A DNA stretch of 64,000 nucleotides, taken from positions 57,226-121,225 of the forward strand of contig CAKJYJ010000002.1 in assembly GCA_918262735.1 (NCBI GenBank), read 5' to 3'. Shown in pieces: positions 1-12,091 of the stretch. This DNA is from Clostridiales bacterium (GTDB lineage Bacteria > Bacillota > Clostridia > Christensenellales > UBA1242). The position numbers and the translations under genes were made by a program. Position 1 is the stretch's first letter. Each line of letters begins with the position of its first letter. The notes under the pieces are model-generated. The model worked only from the letters and a program-made list of their open reading frames with translations. It was not told the origin of the DNA and ran no database searches.

Positions 1-161
1 TAAGTTTGCTTGCCTGGCCTTGCATTTCTTGTTAAAACATAAAAATTACAAAAAGTAAAAATAAATGCTCATTCAATAATTGGGCAAAAAATAGGGTTTT
101 GATTATTTTCCTTTTAATGGCAATAAAAAATGGTCAAAAATTATATAAGGAGAAAAAATTA

Positions 162-2234
162 ATGGCAACCGATCTACATTTAACTAGAAATATTGGTATT
201 ATGGCTCACATTGATGCTGGTAAAACAACAACAACCGAGCGTATACTTTTCTACACCGGAATTAACCATAAGATTGGTGAAGTTCACGATGGTGCTGCCA
301 CAATGGACTGGATGGTTCAAGAACAAGAAAGAGGTATAACCATTACTTCTGCTTGTACAACATGTCAATGGAAAGGTAAGAAAATTAACATTATCGACAC
401 CCCAGGACACGTTGACTTCACAATTGAAGTTCTTCGTTCACTAAAAGTTCTTGATGGTGCCGTTTTGGTTTTAAGTGCCAGAGACAAAGTTCAACCTCAA
501 ACAGAAACAGTTTGGCGTCAAGCAAATCAGTGTAAAGTTCCAGTTATTATTTACGTTAATAAAATGGATAGAGATGACGCTTACTTCGACAAATGTGTTG
601 ACTCTGTTAGAGAAAGACTTCACACAACACCACTCCCACTTCAAATGCCAATTGGTATGGCTGACACCTTCCAAGGTGTTATTGATCTTCTAACAATGAA
701 AGCCTTTGTTCCAGAAGACGATATGGGAAAAATTATTGACGAAATTGAAATTCCTGCTGAATATAAAGACGAAGCTCAAAAACGTCATGATGCACTTATT
801 GAATCAATTGTTGAACTTGATGATGCATTGCTTGAAAGATATTTCGAAGGAGATGAAATTTCTCTTGACGAATTAAAAACAGTAATAAGAAAAGCAACAA
901 TTGATAAGAGAATCACCCCAATGCTTTGTGGTTCTTCATACAAAAATAAAGGCGTTCAAAACCTTTTAGATGCGATGGTAGACTACCTTCCATCACCTCT
1001 TGATATTCCACCAATTAAAGGAATTAATCCAGAAACTGGATTGGAAGAAGAAAGAGAAGCAAGCGAAACCGCTCCATTTGCTGGTCTTGCATTCAAAATT
1101 GCAACCGACCCATTTGTTGGTGGTTTAACATACTTCCGTGTTTACAGCGGTGTTCTAAAAGCTGGTTCATATGTTTATAACTCAATCACAGGTAAAAACG
1201 AGCGTGTTGGACGTTTAATTAGAATGCACTCTAACCACAGAACAGAAATCGACGAGGTTGGTGCTGGTGACATTGCTGCAATCGTTGGTCTTAAAGACAC
1301 AATCACAGGTCACACACTTTGTGATGAAAAACACCCAATTCAACTTGAAAGCATGGTTTTCCCAGAACCAGTTATTCAACTTGCAATTGAACCAAAAACA
1401 AAAGACCAACAAGAAAAAATGGCTCTTGCACTTGCAAAACTTTCTCGTGAAGACCCTTCATTTAGAGTTTCAACCAACCAAGAAACAGGTCAAACAATTA
1501 TTGCCGGTATGGGTGAGCTTCACCTAGACATTATTGTTGACAGACTTCTTCGTGAATTTAAGGTTGAGGCAAATGTTGGTGCTCCACAAGTATCATACAG
1601 AGAAAGACTTAAAAAGACTGTTGAAGCAGAAGGTAAATTTATTCGTCAGTCTGGTGGTAAAGGTCAATATGGTCACTGCTGGGTTAAGTTCGAACCAATC
1701 GAAGGCGATGGTTATGAATTTGAAGATAAAACAGTTGGTGGATCAATTCCTAAAGAATTTATTCAACCAGTTAACAATGGTATTAACGAGTCAAGAAAAA
1801 ATGGTATTTTAGCTGGTTACGAAACTGTTGGTTTCAAAGCAACCGTATTTGATGGTTCATACCATGATGTCGATTCATCAGAAATGGCATTTAAGATTGC
1901 CGGAAGTATGGCATTTAAGGAAGCTGCAAGTAAGGCAGATACCGTTTTAATGGAACCTATTATGAAGGTTTCTGTTGAAGTTCCAGATGATTATCTTGGA
2001 ACGGTTATGGGTAACATAACATCTCGTCGTGGTATCCTTCTTGGAACAGAAAGTGTTGCTGGTTCACAAAGAATCAATGCCGAAGTTCCACTTTCAGAAA
2101 TGTTTGGTTATGCAACCGACCTTCGTTCACAAACTCAAGGTCGTGGTGTGTTCGTTATGGAACCACTTAAATATGCAGAAGTTCCAAAATCTATTGCTGA
2201 AAAAATTGTATCAAGCCGTAAAAAGGCTGAATAA
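162..2234 (+). CDS. fusA: Elongation factor G
   Basis: [19 protein letters not shown] and NKMD GTPase motifs; AAGGAG SD upstream of ATG at 162. Confidence 0.98.
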   Translation: MATDLHLTRNIGIMAHIDAGKTTTTERILFYTGINHKIGEVHDGAATMDWMVQEQERGITITSACTTCQWKGKKINIIDTPGHVDFTIEVLRSLKVLDGAVLVLSARDKVQPQTETVWRQANQCKVPVIIYVNKMDRDDAYFDKCVDSVRERLHTTPLPLQMPIGMADTFQGVIDLLTMKAFVPEDDMGKIIDEIEIPAEYKDEAQKRHDALIESIVELDDALLERYFEGDEISLDELKTVIRKATIDKRITPMLCGSSYKNKGVQNLLDAMVDYLPSPLDIPPIKGINPETGLEEEREASETAPFAGLAFKIATDPFVGGLTYFRVYSGVLKAGSYVYNSITGKNERVGRLIRMHSNHRTEIDEVGAGDIAAIVGLKDTITGHTLCDEKHPIQLESMVFPEPVIQLAIEPKTKDQQEKMALALAKLSREDPSFRVSTNQETGQTIIAGMGELHLDIIVDRLLREFKVEANVGAPQVSYRERLKKTVEAEGKFIRQSGGKGQYGHCWVKFEPIEGDGYEFEDKTVGGSIPKEFIQPVNNGINESRKNGILAGYETVGFKATVFDGSYHDVDSSEMAFKIAGSMAFKEAASKADTVLMEPIMKVSVEVPDDYLGTVMGNITSRRGILLGTESVAGSQRINAEVPLSEMFGYATDLRSQTQGRGVFVMEPLKYAEVPKSIAEKIVSSRKKAE

Positions 2235-2463
2235 GATTTTTAAGTTGGTGTAATTCCCAGTTTGCATCAATTAAAAATATATGCCAGAATTTTTTGGCAA
2301 AAAATCATCTAAAAAATGTTAAAATCCCAGAAAAATACAACTATATAGGGAGGTTTCACAATTAGATGAACAAAGCAATGAAAAAATTTTAAAATTGCTT
2401 GGAAAAAAAATATTTATATGGTATATTTATAAATGTAATTCAAAAATAAAGGAGATTATAACA

Positions 2464-3666
2464 ATGGCTAAGGAAAAATTTGATAGAAGTAAAGTTCACG
2501 TTAACGTTGGTACAATCGGACACGTTGACCATGGTAAAACAACTTTAACTTCAGCAATTTGCCAATATTGCGCTGCTAAAGGTTTGGCAGAAGCAATGAA
2601 ATACGAAGATATCGATAAAGCCCCAGAAGAAAAGGCTAGAGGTATCACAATTAACACAGCTCACGTTGAATATCAAACAGCTAAACGTCACTATGCTCAC
2701 GTTGACTGCCCAGGACACGCTGACTATGTTAAAAACATGATCACAGGTGCCGCACAAATGGATGGTGCTATCCTTGTTGTTTCAGCAGCTGATGGTCCAA
2801 TGCCACAAACTCGTGAACACATTCTTCTTGCTCGTCAAGTTGGTGTTCCATACATCGTGGTATTCATGAACAAGATGGATCAAGTTGACGATCCAGAACT
2901 TGCAGAACTTGTTGAAATGGAAATTAGAGATCTTTTAACATCATACGATTTCCCAGGAGACACAACTCCAATTATCAAAGGTTCAGCATTCAAAGCTGGT
3001 GAAGCTTGTGCTAATGGCGACATGAACAGCGAATGGTTAAAACCAATCCAAGAACTTCTTGACACATTAGACTCATACATTCCAGACCCAGCAAGAGCAA
3101 CAGATCAACCATTCTTAATGCCAGTTGAAGACGTTTTCACAATCACAGGTCGTGGAACAGTTGCAACAGGTAGAGTTGAGCGTGGTGTTGTTAAAATGAA
3201 CGACACAGTTGAAATTGTTGGTCTTGGCGAAAGCAGACAAACAGTTGTTACTGGTATTGAAATGTTCCACAAACTTCTTGACGAAGCAGTTGCTGGTGAT
3301 AACGCTGGTATTTTACTTCGTGGTATCCAAAGAACAGATATCGAAAGAGGTCAAGTTCTTTGCAAACCTGGTTCAATTCACCCACACACAAAATTCACTG
3401 CTCAAGTTTACGTATTAAAACAAGCAGAAGGTGGACGTCATAAACCATTCTTCAATGGTTACAGGCCACAATTCTACTTCAGAACAACCGACGTTACAGG
3501 AACTATTGAACTTCCAGCAGGAACAGAAATGGTTATGCCTGGTGATAACATCACAATGACAATTGAACTTATTAAGCCAATTGCTATTGAACAAGGTTTA
3601 AGATTTGCTATCCGTGAAGGCGGACACACTGTTGGTTCAGGTGTTGTATCAACAATTATTGAATAA
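2464..3666 (+). CDS. tuf: Elongation factor Tu
   Basis: [10 protein letters not shown] start, [24 protein letters not shown]; SD AAGGAG before ATG 2464. Confidence 0.99.
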   Translation: MAKEKFDRSKVHVNVGTIGHVDHGKTTLTSAICQYCAAKGLAEAMKYEDIDKAPEEKARGITINTAHVEYQTAKRHYAHVDCPGHADYVKNMITGAAQMDGAILVVSAADGPMPQTREHILLARQVGVPYIVVFMNKMDQVDDPELAELVEMEIRDLLTSYDFPGDTTPIIKGSAFKAGEACANGDMNSEWLKPIQELLDTLDSYIPDPARATDQPFLMPVEDVFTITGRGTVATGRVERGVVKMNDTVEIVGLGESRQTVVTGIEMFHKLLDEAVAGDNAGILLRGIQRTDIERGQVLCKPGSIHPHTKFTAQVYVLKQAEGGRHKPFFNGYRPQFYFRTTDVTGTIELPAGTEMVMPGDNITMTIELIKPIAIEQGLRFAIREGGHTVGSGVVSTIIE

Positions 3667-3716
3667 TTAAAACACCAAAGAAGTTTTAGTTAAAACCCAA
3701 ATTAAAACATAATAAC

Positions 3717-3751
3717 AAAAATACACGACTAACCCATCGTGTATTTTTTTT
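3717..3751. terminator. Bidirectional intrinsic terminator after tuf
   Basis: aaaaatacacga / tcgtgtattttt inverted repeat with A and T tails between convergent genes. Confidence 0.8.
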
Positions 3752-3765
3752 GTAAAACATATTTA

Positions 3766-4230
3766 CTATTCCTTTATTTTTTCTATTTGTCTTAAAATCA
3801 TATTCTTGTGCATTATTTCATCTTCCAAATTTAATGATAATATTAGGTTAATGTTTTTGTCGGTGATTTTACTTATGGCTTCTCTGTAGTCAATTATAAC
3901 TTTTTCTTTTAGTTCTAGGTTAGTGTATAACATTTGTTTATAACTTTTAACATAATCAACACTTTTGCCAGAAATCCAAACATTATTTATTTTTATATAT
4001 TTTGGGTCAGCCCCCATTAAAACCAATATTTCGCTTAACCTTTTTGAGTGTTCAATATCTTCAAAACATAGTTTTTTAAGAAATGCATATTGTTCCTTTT
4101 CAAAAGGATATACAATATTTGCTTGGTACATTTCTTGTAAAAATGTTAAAACCTCACCCTCATTGCCAGAATATAAATTTTTAACTAATCCTTCGTGATA
4201 GCCATTGGGTTTAATAATAAATTTACTCAT
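3766..4230 (-). CDS. Ferritin-like (Mn-catalase/CotJC-like) domain protein
   Basis: Two ExxH-type helices (EDIEH, EDEIMH), helical 154 aa; resembles clostridial spore-associated ferritin-like proteins. Confidence 0.65.
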   Translation of the reverse strand: MSKFIIKPNGYHEGLVKNLYSGNEGEVLTFLQEMYQANIVYPFEKEQYAFLKKLCFEDIEHSKRLSEILVLMGADPKYIKINNVWISGKSVDYVKSYKQMLYTNLELKEKVIIDYREAISKITDKNINLILSLNLEDEIMHKNMILRQIEKIKE

Positions 4231-4397
4231 ACATATTTATATGTTAAGTAGTAAATATGTGTGAGGGAAGTGATATTAACATTATGTGTGGAGAAGATTA
4301 CAAAGTAATGGCATCTAAAAAAAAGACCGTGGTGGCTCACGATCTTTTTTCCTAATAATACACGATATGTAAAATTAGATATATTTTGGTTTTAATA

Positions 4398-5285
4398 TTA
4401 TCTTGGTAATTCAGGCATTGCAAAATCTTGGAAGTTGTTGAAGTTTGGATATTCAATGTTTCCAGCGAATGCTTCAAGTGCAAGTGAAAGACTCATAACT
4501 TCGTCTCCATCTGTCATTTGAGCATCAACTTTAACACCAGCAAGAACGCCGTTTGCAAAAACTAAATATGCAACGATTGTGTCGTTTGTTTCTTCGTCAA
4601 CTGCAGATAATTTAAATCTTGTAACAACTCCTTCTGTGTATGTTGAAACATCAAATTCAATTCCCATTCCGCCAAGCATTTCAGCAACTGCGGCAACATC
4701 AAAATCTGCTAAGATTCCCAAAATGTTATCAATTGGTAATTCTTCTGTTTCAACAGGTAAGAATCCTTCAGCCATGCCAAGAAGACCAAGAAGGCCGCCC
4801 ATTTCTGAAAGGTCAAGTTTATGTTTACCGTTTACAGTTGTTGCCATTTCTGCCATTTCTGCTGGAAGACCGGTAACGTTAGCATCAAGATATAAAACAT
4901 CTTCTTTATAATAAGCATCAGCTTTTACTTTAAGATTTGTTTCATCATCGATTTTTGCATTAACGGTTGCTCTAACAGCAAGTTCCACATCAACGTCACC
5001 TTCAGTCTCAGTTGTTTTGAAAATTACATTAAATTTACCATTTGCCATACTGCCGGCTTGGAAACTAACTGTAACTTTAACACCAGCTGGAACTGCAGTT
5101 GCGTCTTCTGTTTCTGTTAAGCCATCTACATAATTAGTAAGATCTTGCATTGTTGCAGCTTCATATTTTGCTTCTTTACCAGTATCTACTTTTGCATTGC
5201 CATCAAGTTGGCTGCCACAACCAGCAAAAGCAAAAACAACAGGTAAGATCAAAAGAAGTGCCAAATATTTTAATTTGTTTTTCAT
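4398..5285 (-). CDS. Lipoprotein of unknown function
   Basis: Basic N-terminus, hydrophobic core, lipobox FAGC; SD GGAGG. Confidence 0.75.
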   Translation of the reverse strand: MKNKLKYLALLLILPVVFAFAGCGSQLDGNAKVDTGKEAKYEAATMQDLTNYVDGLTETEDATAVPAGVKVTVSFQAGSMANGKFNVIFKTTETEGDVDVELAVRATVNAKIDDETNLKVKADAYYKEDVLYLDANVTGLPAEMAEMATTVNGKHKLDLSEMGGLLGLLGMAEGFLPVETEELPIDNILGILADFDVAAVAEMLGGMGIEFDVSTYTEGVVTRFKLSAVDEETNDTIVAYLVFANGVLAGVKVDAQMTDGDEVMSLSLALEAFAGNIEYPNFNNFQDFAMPELPR

Positions 5286-5350
5286 TTAATACCTCCTTAT
5301 AACAAAATTAAAACCATATATATGTTAACATCAAAAATTTTTTTAGTCAA

Positions 5351-6196
5351 TTAAAATTCATTATTTAATTGTAAATTAAAATTGTTAAGATAGTATAGTG
5401 ATGACCCATTTGAGAAATTAAATTTGATTTTATACGCTTTTAAGTGTTGAGTCTTTGCTTTATATTTTATGTTTATCTCATTTTTACCGTACTTCCCATC
5501 GCCAATTATATACATTTTATTAAATGCTAAATGTGCACGAATTTGGTGAGTTTTACCGTCTTTAATTTTAACAGATAGAAGTGAAGTGTTGCCACTGGAT
5601 TTAACAACTTCGTATTCGGTTTTAATTGGTAGACATTGAGGCGATGTTTTGTTATTGTATATCATTACACTGCTTTCATCTTTGTTTTTTAGCAAATACC
5701 CATTCAGGATATCATGTTTTTTGGGAGCATTACCGTATATTTCCGCATAGTAGTATTTTTCAACATTGCCATTTTTGAAGGCAGAAATTAGTTCATTTTG
5801 AACATCTGTTGTTTTTGCAAAAATAACAAGCCCTAAAGTGTTTCTGTCTAGTCTATGAACGGGGTAAACAATGATGTTTTGTTTTAGTAGTTCATTTTGA
5901 ATATTATATGTTCCATCACATGTTTCAATTCCCTTGCTTTTGTTAACAATCAAAATGTTATTGTCCTCATAAACAATATCTATCATATTTTTCTTTGAGG
6001 CTTCATCTGGAACATAAACAATAATTCTTGCTCCAACAGGAACAACGATATTTTCTTTTACTCTTGTCCCATTAACAATAATGTCTTTTTGTCTTAATGC
6101 TTTATTTAGACTTGAAAAAATAATGTCTGGACATTCTTTTTCCAGCACTTTTAAAACCCTATCTGCCTTTTTTACAATAACTTCAATTTTTCTCAT
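5351..6196 (-). CDS. RluA/RluD-family pseudouridine synthase
   Basis: S4-like N-terminus, catalytic VHRLDRNT motif, GKTHQIR, GDGKYG. Confidence 0.92.
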   Translation of the reverse strand: MRKIEVIVKKADRVLKVLEKECPDIIFSSLNKALRQKDIIVNGTRVKENIVVPVGARIIVYVPDEASKKNMIDIVYEDNNILIVNKSKGIETCDGTYNIQNELLKQNIIVYPVHRLDRNTLGLVIFAKTTDVQNELISAFKNGNVEKYYYAEIYGNAPKKHDILNGYLLKNKDESSVMIYNNKTSPQCLPIKTEYEVVKSSGNTSLLSVKIKDGKTHQIRAHLAFNKMYIIGDGKYGKNEINIKYKAKTQHLKAYKIKFNFSNGSSLYYLNNFNLQLNNEF

Positions 6197-6287
6197 ATGT
6201 ATATTTTAGCAAATTTTTACATAAAATGCATTATTTTTGTAGATTTTTTATATCAATTTGTAGTATTATATAACCGAGGAGGGAATT

Positions 6288-6512
6288 ATGGCAAAGAAAA
6301 CTAATGATTATTTTGGTCTTGATAGACTTGTTAGCTTAATTTTAGCAATCATTCCAATTACTTCTTGGGTTTGTGGAATTTTAACACGTTTCCAAGATGG
6401 ACACATTGTTGCTGCTATTATAAGAATCTTCTTTGGTTTCAACATTATTTGGATCTTAGACCTTGTCTTCATGATTCTTGAAAAACACATTTTCAGATTA
6501 CTTGAAGTTTAA
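6288..6512 (+). CDS. Small membrane protein
   Basis: 74 aa hydrophobic ORF with strong SD GAGGAG. Confidence 0.75.
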   Translation: MAKKTNDYFGLDRLVSLILAIIPITSWVCGILTRFQDGHIVAAIIRIFFGFNIIWILDLVFMILEKHIFRLLEV

Positions 6513-6517
6513 TTTGA

Positions 6518-6554
6518 AAAAAAATCTCGGGTACAATTCGTACCCGATTTTTTT
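6518..6554. terminator. Bidirectional intrinsic terminator
   Basis: tcgggtac / gtacccga stem with A and T tails. Confidence 0.75.
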
Positions 6555-6592
6555 ATTATGATAACATAGTTTTATTTGTGTGTGCCTTATAA

Positions 6593-7126
6593 TTAAAAAT
6601 CTTCATTAAGAATTTTGAAGTATGCCTGTGGGTGAGCACAAACAGGGCATGCAAGAGGTGCTTCTTTTCCAACGTGAATATGTCCACAATTGGTGCAAAT
6701 CCAAACCTTTTCTCCCTCTTTCACAAATACGGTATTTTCTTTTACATTTTTTGCTAGCTTTAAGTATCTTTCTTCGTGACGTTTTTCAATTTCTGCAACG
6801 CCTTCAAATTGACGTGCAATTCCTTCAAAGCCTTCTTCTCTTGCTGTTTTTGCCATTTCTTTATACATATCTGTCCATTCGCTGTTTTCACCAGCAGCGG
6901 CAGCAAGCAGGTTTTCATATGTTGTGCCAATTCCGTTTAGGTGTTTGAACCAAAGTTTTGCATGTTCTTTTTCATTTTCTGCAGTTTCTTCAAAAACATC
7001 GGCTATTTGGTTAAACCCCTCTTTTCTTGCTTTTGATGCAAAATATGTATACTTGTTTCTTGCTTGGCTTTCACCAGCAAATGCTTTTAATAAGTTTTTT
7101 TCGGTTTTACTACCCTTAAGTTCCAT
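6593..7126 (-). CDS. rbr: Rubrerythrin
   Basis: [22 protein letters not shown] diiron motifs; C-terminal CxxC...CPxC rubredoxin domain. Confidence 0.95.
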   Translation of the reverse strand: MELKGSKTEKNLLKAFAGESQARNKYTYFASKARKEGFNQIADVFEETAENEKEHAKLWFKHLNGIGTTYENLLAAAAGENSEWTDMYKEMAKTAREEGFEGIARQFEGVAEIEKRHEERYLKLAKNVKENTVFVKEGEKVWICTNCGHIHVGKEAPLACPVCAHPQAYFKILNEDF

Positions 7127-7284
7127 AATTATTCCTCCATTTATGACGGATATATTTTATCAATAAACAAAACGCAATGTCAAATTATTTTATAAAGTCA
7201 CAAAATTTTTTAACTAAATTAGTGTGTGTTTATTTTTTGCTTAATTGTTTTACACGGTTTAAGATATATGGTAAAATATAGGTA

Positions 7285-7827
7285 ATGGAAGAAAATGAAA
7301 TTAATGAAATTAATAATAAGAACAAGGATTATTATAACATTGACGAAATGATAAGGTTTAGTGAGAATAAGCGTCCTAAAGAAATTGATTTTAACAGTGA
7401 AAGAAAATATATGGTTGAATTTTCAAATGCTAGGAACAAAAATGTTAAAATCAAAAAGACGAAGCAAAAACTCATAACAACTTTCGTGCTTGGGCTTGTG
7501 GCGCTTTCGTCCACCATATTAATGCCAGATTACATAAACAAAAACAACTTTATTGATGATTATAGAATTATGACATTTGACCATGGATTGCTATATTATT
7601 TTGATTTTGCCGAAGGAATTGATTACTCCAACCTAGAAATAGTTGTTTATAATGATTTTATTAAAGTAAACAACCTAGTTGATGGCGAATTTGTTGAGAA
7701 TTATATTGATGAATTAAAACCGAATCTACAATATGTGATTTCTGTTACAAGCAAAGGCCGGGCGGTTTTCAAAAAAACAATAGTCACAAAAGAACAAAAA
7801 GGAGAAAAATATGAAACAGGTGATTAA
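7285..7827 (+). CDS. Hypothetical single-TM protein
   Basis: One hydrophobic segment followed by a beta-rich domain; overlaps mscS start. Confidence 0.6.
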   Translation: MEENEINEINNKNKDYYNIDEMIRFSENKRPKEIDFNSERKYMVEFSNARNKNVKIKKTKQKLITTFVLGLVALSSTILMPDYINKNNFIDDYRIMTFDHGLLYYFDFAEGIDYSNLEIVVYNDFIKVNNLVDGEFVENYIDELKPNLQYVISVTSKGRAVFKKTIVTKEQKGEKYETGD

Positions 7828-8995
7828 AAAAACAGCAACACAAAAAGGGAAAAATAAAGAAAAGACAAAAGAACCTAAAAAGGTGGCAGGTGAGAAGAAA
7901 GTTAAAAAGGCAAAAGTCAAAAAAGAAATAAAAGCCACACCAGTCAAAGAAGAAAAAAGTATTAAGGTTCAAAATATTGGAAAAGAAAAAATGAGTGTTA
8001 GGGGTATTATTGCTTTAATCGTGCTGGCACTTGTTACGGTTGGGTCATTTGTATTTTACGACAAAATATTTGGTGTTAATTCAATTTTTTATCAATCAAT
8101 TTCAACGAATGAGGTTGTGAATGCCATATTTGGTAAGATTCCCGCGATTATTAAAACAATTGAAATTATAACCATTTCATACTTTGCATATCTGCTTTTG
8201 AAATTTGTTCTTGGTAAACTCTTAAAAAAGAACAACAGAGAAAAGACGATTGTTAAACTTTTAACAAGTTTTCTGAAGTATACAATAGCAATAGTTGCTG
8301 TATTTATGGTATTAAACGCATGGGGTGTTGACACATATGCACTTTTGGCAAGTGCTGGAATTTTAGGGCTAGTTATTGGTCTTGGTGCACAGAGTTTAAT
8401 TGCGGATATTATTGCGGGAGTGTTTATTGTTTTTGAGGGTGTATATCAAGTTGGCGACATTATTGTTGTTGGTGATTGGCGCGGTATGGTTGACGAAATC
8501 GGAATTAGAACAACCAAAATAATTGATGCTGGCGGAAACATTAAAATAATTAACAATAGTGAAATATCGGCAGTTGTTAATCAAACAAAAGAACTTTCAT
8601 TGGCAAAGTCGATTATTTCAATGGAATATGGGGAGTCAATAGAAAAGGTTGAACTTATTATAAAAAACAACCTTGAAAAAATTAAAGAGAATATTCCAGA
8701 AATAATAGAAGGACCATATTACAAAGGTGTTGAATGTTTGAATAGTTCCAGCGTTGATCTGCTTTTCTTTGCAAGATGTAAAGAAAAAGATGTTTATGGT
8801 GTTCAACGGGCAATGAACAGGGAGTTAAAATTAATGTTTGATAGAAATAACATTACGGTTCCATTTCCACAGGTAACAGTGAGTAAATTGGCAGAAACAA
8901 AACATTCGGTTTCAGAGAAAAATAAACAAGAAGCAAAAGAATTTGTTAAAGAACAGCGCAACATATCAAAAGATGTTGAATATAAAAATGAATAG
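7811..8995 (+). CDS. Small-conductance mechanosensitive channel (MscS family)
   Basis: GLGAQSLIADIIAG, GDII, IGIRTTKI, VPFPQ motifs; Lys-rich N-terminal extension. Confidence 0.9.
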   Translation: MKQVIKKTATQKGKNKEKTKEPKKVAGEKKVKKAKVKKEIKATPVKEEKSIKVQNIGKEKMSVRGIIALIVLALVTVGSFVFYDKIFGVNSIFYQSISTNEVVNAIFGKIPAIIKTIEIITISYFAYLLLKFVLGKLLKKNNREKTIVKLLTSFLKYTIAIVAVFMVLNAWGVDTYALLASAGILGLVIGLGAQSLIADIIAGVFIVFEGVYQVGDIIVVGDWRGMVDEIGIRTTKIIDAGGNIKIINNSEISAVVNQTKELSLAKSIISMEYGESIEKVELIIKNNLEKIKENIPEIIEGPYYKGVECLNSSSVDLLFFARCKEKDVYGVQRAMNRELKLMFDRNNITVPFPQVTVSKLAETKHSVSEKNKQEAKEFVKEQRNISKDVEYKNE

Positions 8996-9264
8996 TATTC
9001 ATTCATATTAAATTATATTGATAAGTCCGTAGGCAACAATTAATTATCGCTGGGAGGGGCTTATCTTTTTTTTTCGGGTATTGTTGTGCCAAAGTGTTTA
9101 TTTGGGGCATAAAATGTTATAAATATTTGATTAATTTGGTCTATTTTGTCTGGATTTTGCGAAATATTACATGAATTAGAAGCTAAATAAAAATTAATTT
9201 ATTTTGCTTTGATATTTTTGCGTTTTGTTGTAAAATATTATACAGAGTAAAATAGGAGATTACA

Positions 9265-11958
9265 ATGGGACTTTTTTCTGGCGATAGAGCAAAATTAAAA
9301 AAACTAAAAAAGATTGCAGACAAGGTTGTGGAGCTTGAACCAAAATATTCAGCAATGACCGATGATGAACTAAAGGCGCAAACACCATTGCTTAAAGAAA
9401 GGTTGGCAAATGGTGAAACTTTGGATGATATTTTAACAGATGCATATGCGCTTGTTCGTGAAACCGCATACAGAGTTTTGAACATGAAGCATTTTTATGT
9501 TCAAATTATGGGGGGTATTGCACTTCATCAAGGTCGTATTGCAGAAATGTCAACCGGTGAGGGTAAAACACTAGTTTCAACTCTTCCTGCATATTTGAAT
9601 GCATTAACAGGTAAGGGTGTGCATATTGTTACGGTTAATGAATACTTGGCGAAACGTGATGCCGAGCAAATGGGTAAGGTTCATAAGTTTTTGGGGCTTA
9701 CCGTTGGCGTTGCGGTTTCTGGTATGGACCCAAATCAAAAACGTGAGGCATATGCTTGCGACATAACATATTCAACCAACAATGAACTTGGCTTTGATTA
9801 TCTTCGTGATAACATGGTTAACAAAAAAGAACAAAGAATGCAAAGGGGATATAACTTTGTTATTGTGGACGAGGTTGATAGTATATTAATTGATGAAGCA
9901 AGAACTCCACTTATTATTTCAGGTAAGGGTATTAAATCGTCAGAGGAGTATTACACAGCACAGAATTTTGCAAAAACACTAACTCCAGATGTTGATTTTG
10001 AAATTGATAAAAAATTAAAGACAATTCACCTAACCGAAGATGGAACCAAAAAGGCAGAGAGATATTACAAAATTGACAATCTTTCAGACGTTAAATATAT
10101 GGAGCTTAACCATTACATAATAAACGCATTGAAAGCGAATTATATTATGGTGGCTGACGAGAACTACATTGTTAAAGATGATGAAATTTTAATCGTTGAC
10201 GAGTTTACAGGAAGACTAATGCAGGGCAGAAGATTTTCTGATGGACTACATCAGGCAATTGAAGCAAAAGAGGGCGTTAAAATTAAAGATGAAAATAAGA
10301 CGCTTGCAACAGTAACATTCCAAAACTTCTTCCGTTTGTATAAAAAGTTAAGCGGTATGACAGGAACGGCAAAAACCGAGGAATCTGAATTCAATGGTAT
10401 TTACAAATTAGACGTTGTTAAAATTCCAACCAATAAACCATGCATCAGGCTTGATGAACCAGACATTGTTTATAGAACAGAAAAAGGCAAGATTAATGCA
10501 ATTGTTGAAGAAATTAAAGAGCGCCACGAGAAAGGTCAACCAATTCTTGTTGGTACGGTTAACATTGATAAATCGGAAGAGTTTTCAAGAGCCCTAACAA
10601 GAGCAGGAATAAAACACGTTGTTTTAAATGCTAAAAACCACGAGCGTGAGGGTGAAATTGTTGCTCAGGCCGGAAGGTTGGGAGCTGTTACAATTGCAAC
10701 CAACATGGCAGGTCGTGGAACCGACATTTTGCTTGGTGGTAACCCAGAATATCTTGCAAGACATAAGATGGAAACGGAAAATTTTGAACCAGAAGAAATT
10801 TCATTTGCAACCAGTTTCTATTCATCTGATGATGAAAAACTGAATCATGCAAGAGAAGTGTTCAAAAAGTATTTAGAAGAATTTAAGAAGATAACCGATG
10901 AAGAAAAACAAAAAGTTATTGAAGTTGGTGGTCTTCATATTATTGGTACCGAACGTCACGAAGCAAGACGTATAGATAACCAGCTTCGTGGTCGTGCTGG
11001 TCGTCAGGGCGATATTGGTAGTTCAATTTTCTTCCTTTCACTTGAAGATGATTTAATTTTGCGCTTTGGCGGAGAAAGATTGCAACACATTGCAGATGTG
11101 CTTAAAATTGACGACAGCACTCCAATTCAAATGCGACTACTTGCAAGGCAAATTGAAGGTGCACAAAAGAAGATTGAAGCACAGAACTATGGTTCAAGAA
11201 GAACCGTTCTTCAATTTGACGATGTTATGAACACACAAAGAGAAATTATATATGGTGAAAGAAATAAGGTTTTAGATGGCGTTGATATCCATGACCAAAT
11301 TTTGCAAATGATACCTGCAGTTATTTCTAGAATTGTTTACAGCCAAGTTGATGCTGATAAACCAAGTTACGAATGGGACTTAAATGCATTAAATCTTGCA
11401 CTTGAAGATAAACTTATTCCAAAGGGAACCAATATGGTAACAAGTGAATATGTTGAAGATTTAGATGCAGAAGAGCTTCAACAAAAACTTGTTGAACAAA
11501 TAACAAACAAATATCAAAAATTGTGTGATAGCACAAAAGAGATTGGATTTGATTTTAGCAATATAGAAAGATTTATGCTTCTTAGGGTTGTTGACTCTCT
11601 TTGGATGGATCACATTGACGAGATGAGCACTCTTAAAAATGAAATAATGCTTCAACAATATGGACAACACGACCCAGTTGTTATGTATAAACAAGAAGGT
11701 TTTGAATTGTTTGACAAGATGGTTGAAAGAATTCAGGAAGACACGGTTGCATTCTTACTTAACAGCAGGATTGAAATAAAAATGCCAAAGGAAGTTGTTG
11801 ACAAGCTTGTGAAAGAAAGACCAGAACTTGCACAAAAATACACCCCAGCACAAGTTGTTAATCACACGCCAACGAGGGTTGAAAAAACACCGGGAAGGAA
11901 TGACCCATGCCCTTGTGGAAGTGGAAAAAAATATAAAGACTGCTGTGGTAAAAAATAA
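9265..11958 (+). CDS. secA: Preprotein translocase SecA
   Basis: MSTGEGKT, DEVDSILIDEARTPLIISG, ATNMAGRGTDI, C-terminal SEC-C GRNDPCPCGSGKKYKDCCG. Confidence 0.98.
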   Translation: MGLFSGDRAKLKKLKKIADKVVELEPKYSAMTDDELKAQTPLLKERLANGETLDDILTDAYALVRETAYRVLNMKHFYVQIMGGIALHQGRIAEMSTGEGKTLVSTLPAYLNALTGKGVHIVTVNEYLAKRDAEQMGKVHKFLGLTVGVAVSGMDPNQKREAYACDITYSTNNELGFDYLRDNMVNKKEQRMQRGYNFVIVDEVDSILIDEARTPLIISGKGIKSSEEYYTAQNFAKTLTPDVDFEIDKKLKTIHLTEDGTKKAERYYKIDNLSDVKYMELNHYIINALKANYIMVADENYIVKDDEILIVDEFTGRLMQGRRFSDGLHQAIEAKEGVKIKDENKTLATVTFQNFFRLYKKLSGMTGTAKTEESEFNGIYKLDVVKIPTNKPCIRLDEPDIVYRTEKGKINAIVEEIKERHEKGQPILVGTVNIDKSEEFSRALTRAGIKHVVLNAKNHEREGEIVAQAGRLGAVTIATNMAGRGTDILLGGNPEYLARHKMETENFEPEEISFATSFYSSDDEKLNHAREVFKKYLEEFKKITDEEKQKVIEVGGLHIIGTERHEARRIDNQLRGRAGRQGDIGSSIFFLSLEDDLILRFGGERLQHIADVLKIDDSTPIQMRLLARQIEGAQKKIEAQNYGSRRTVLQFDDVMNTQREIIYGERNKVLDGVDIHDQILQMIPAVISRIVYSQVDADKPSYEWDLNALNLALEDKLIPKGTNMVTSEYVEDLDAEELQQKLVEQITNKYQKLCDSTKEIGFDFSNIERFMLLRVVDSLWMDHIDEMSTLKNEIMLQQYGQHDPVVMYKQEGFELFDKMVERIQEDTVAFLLNSRIEIKMPKEVVDKLVKERPELAQKYTPAQVVNHTPTRVEKTPGRNDPCPCGSGKKYKDCCGKK

Positions 11959-12091
11959 TTAAATAAAAAAATAATTAAATATTTATTTTAATTTAATAAA
12001 ATTAATTAATATATTCAAAAAAACCGCCAAAACAAAGCGAATGAGCAATGTTTGGTGGTTTTTTAATTATTTAATTTAATTATTTTTTTTA

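Noticed and set aside
180-3418. Short alternate-frame and antisense ORFs inside fusA and tuf (likewise inside secA, fhs, nfnAB and the hsd genes)
   Set aside because: Shadow ORFs of long, conserved genes
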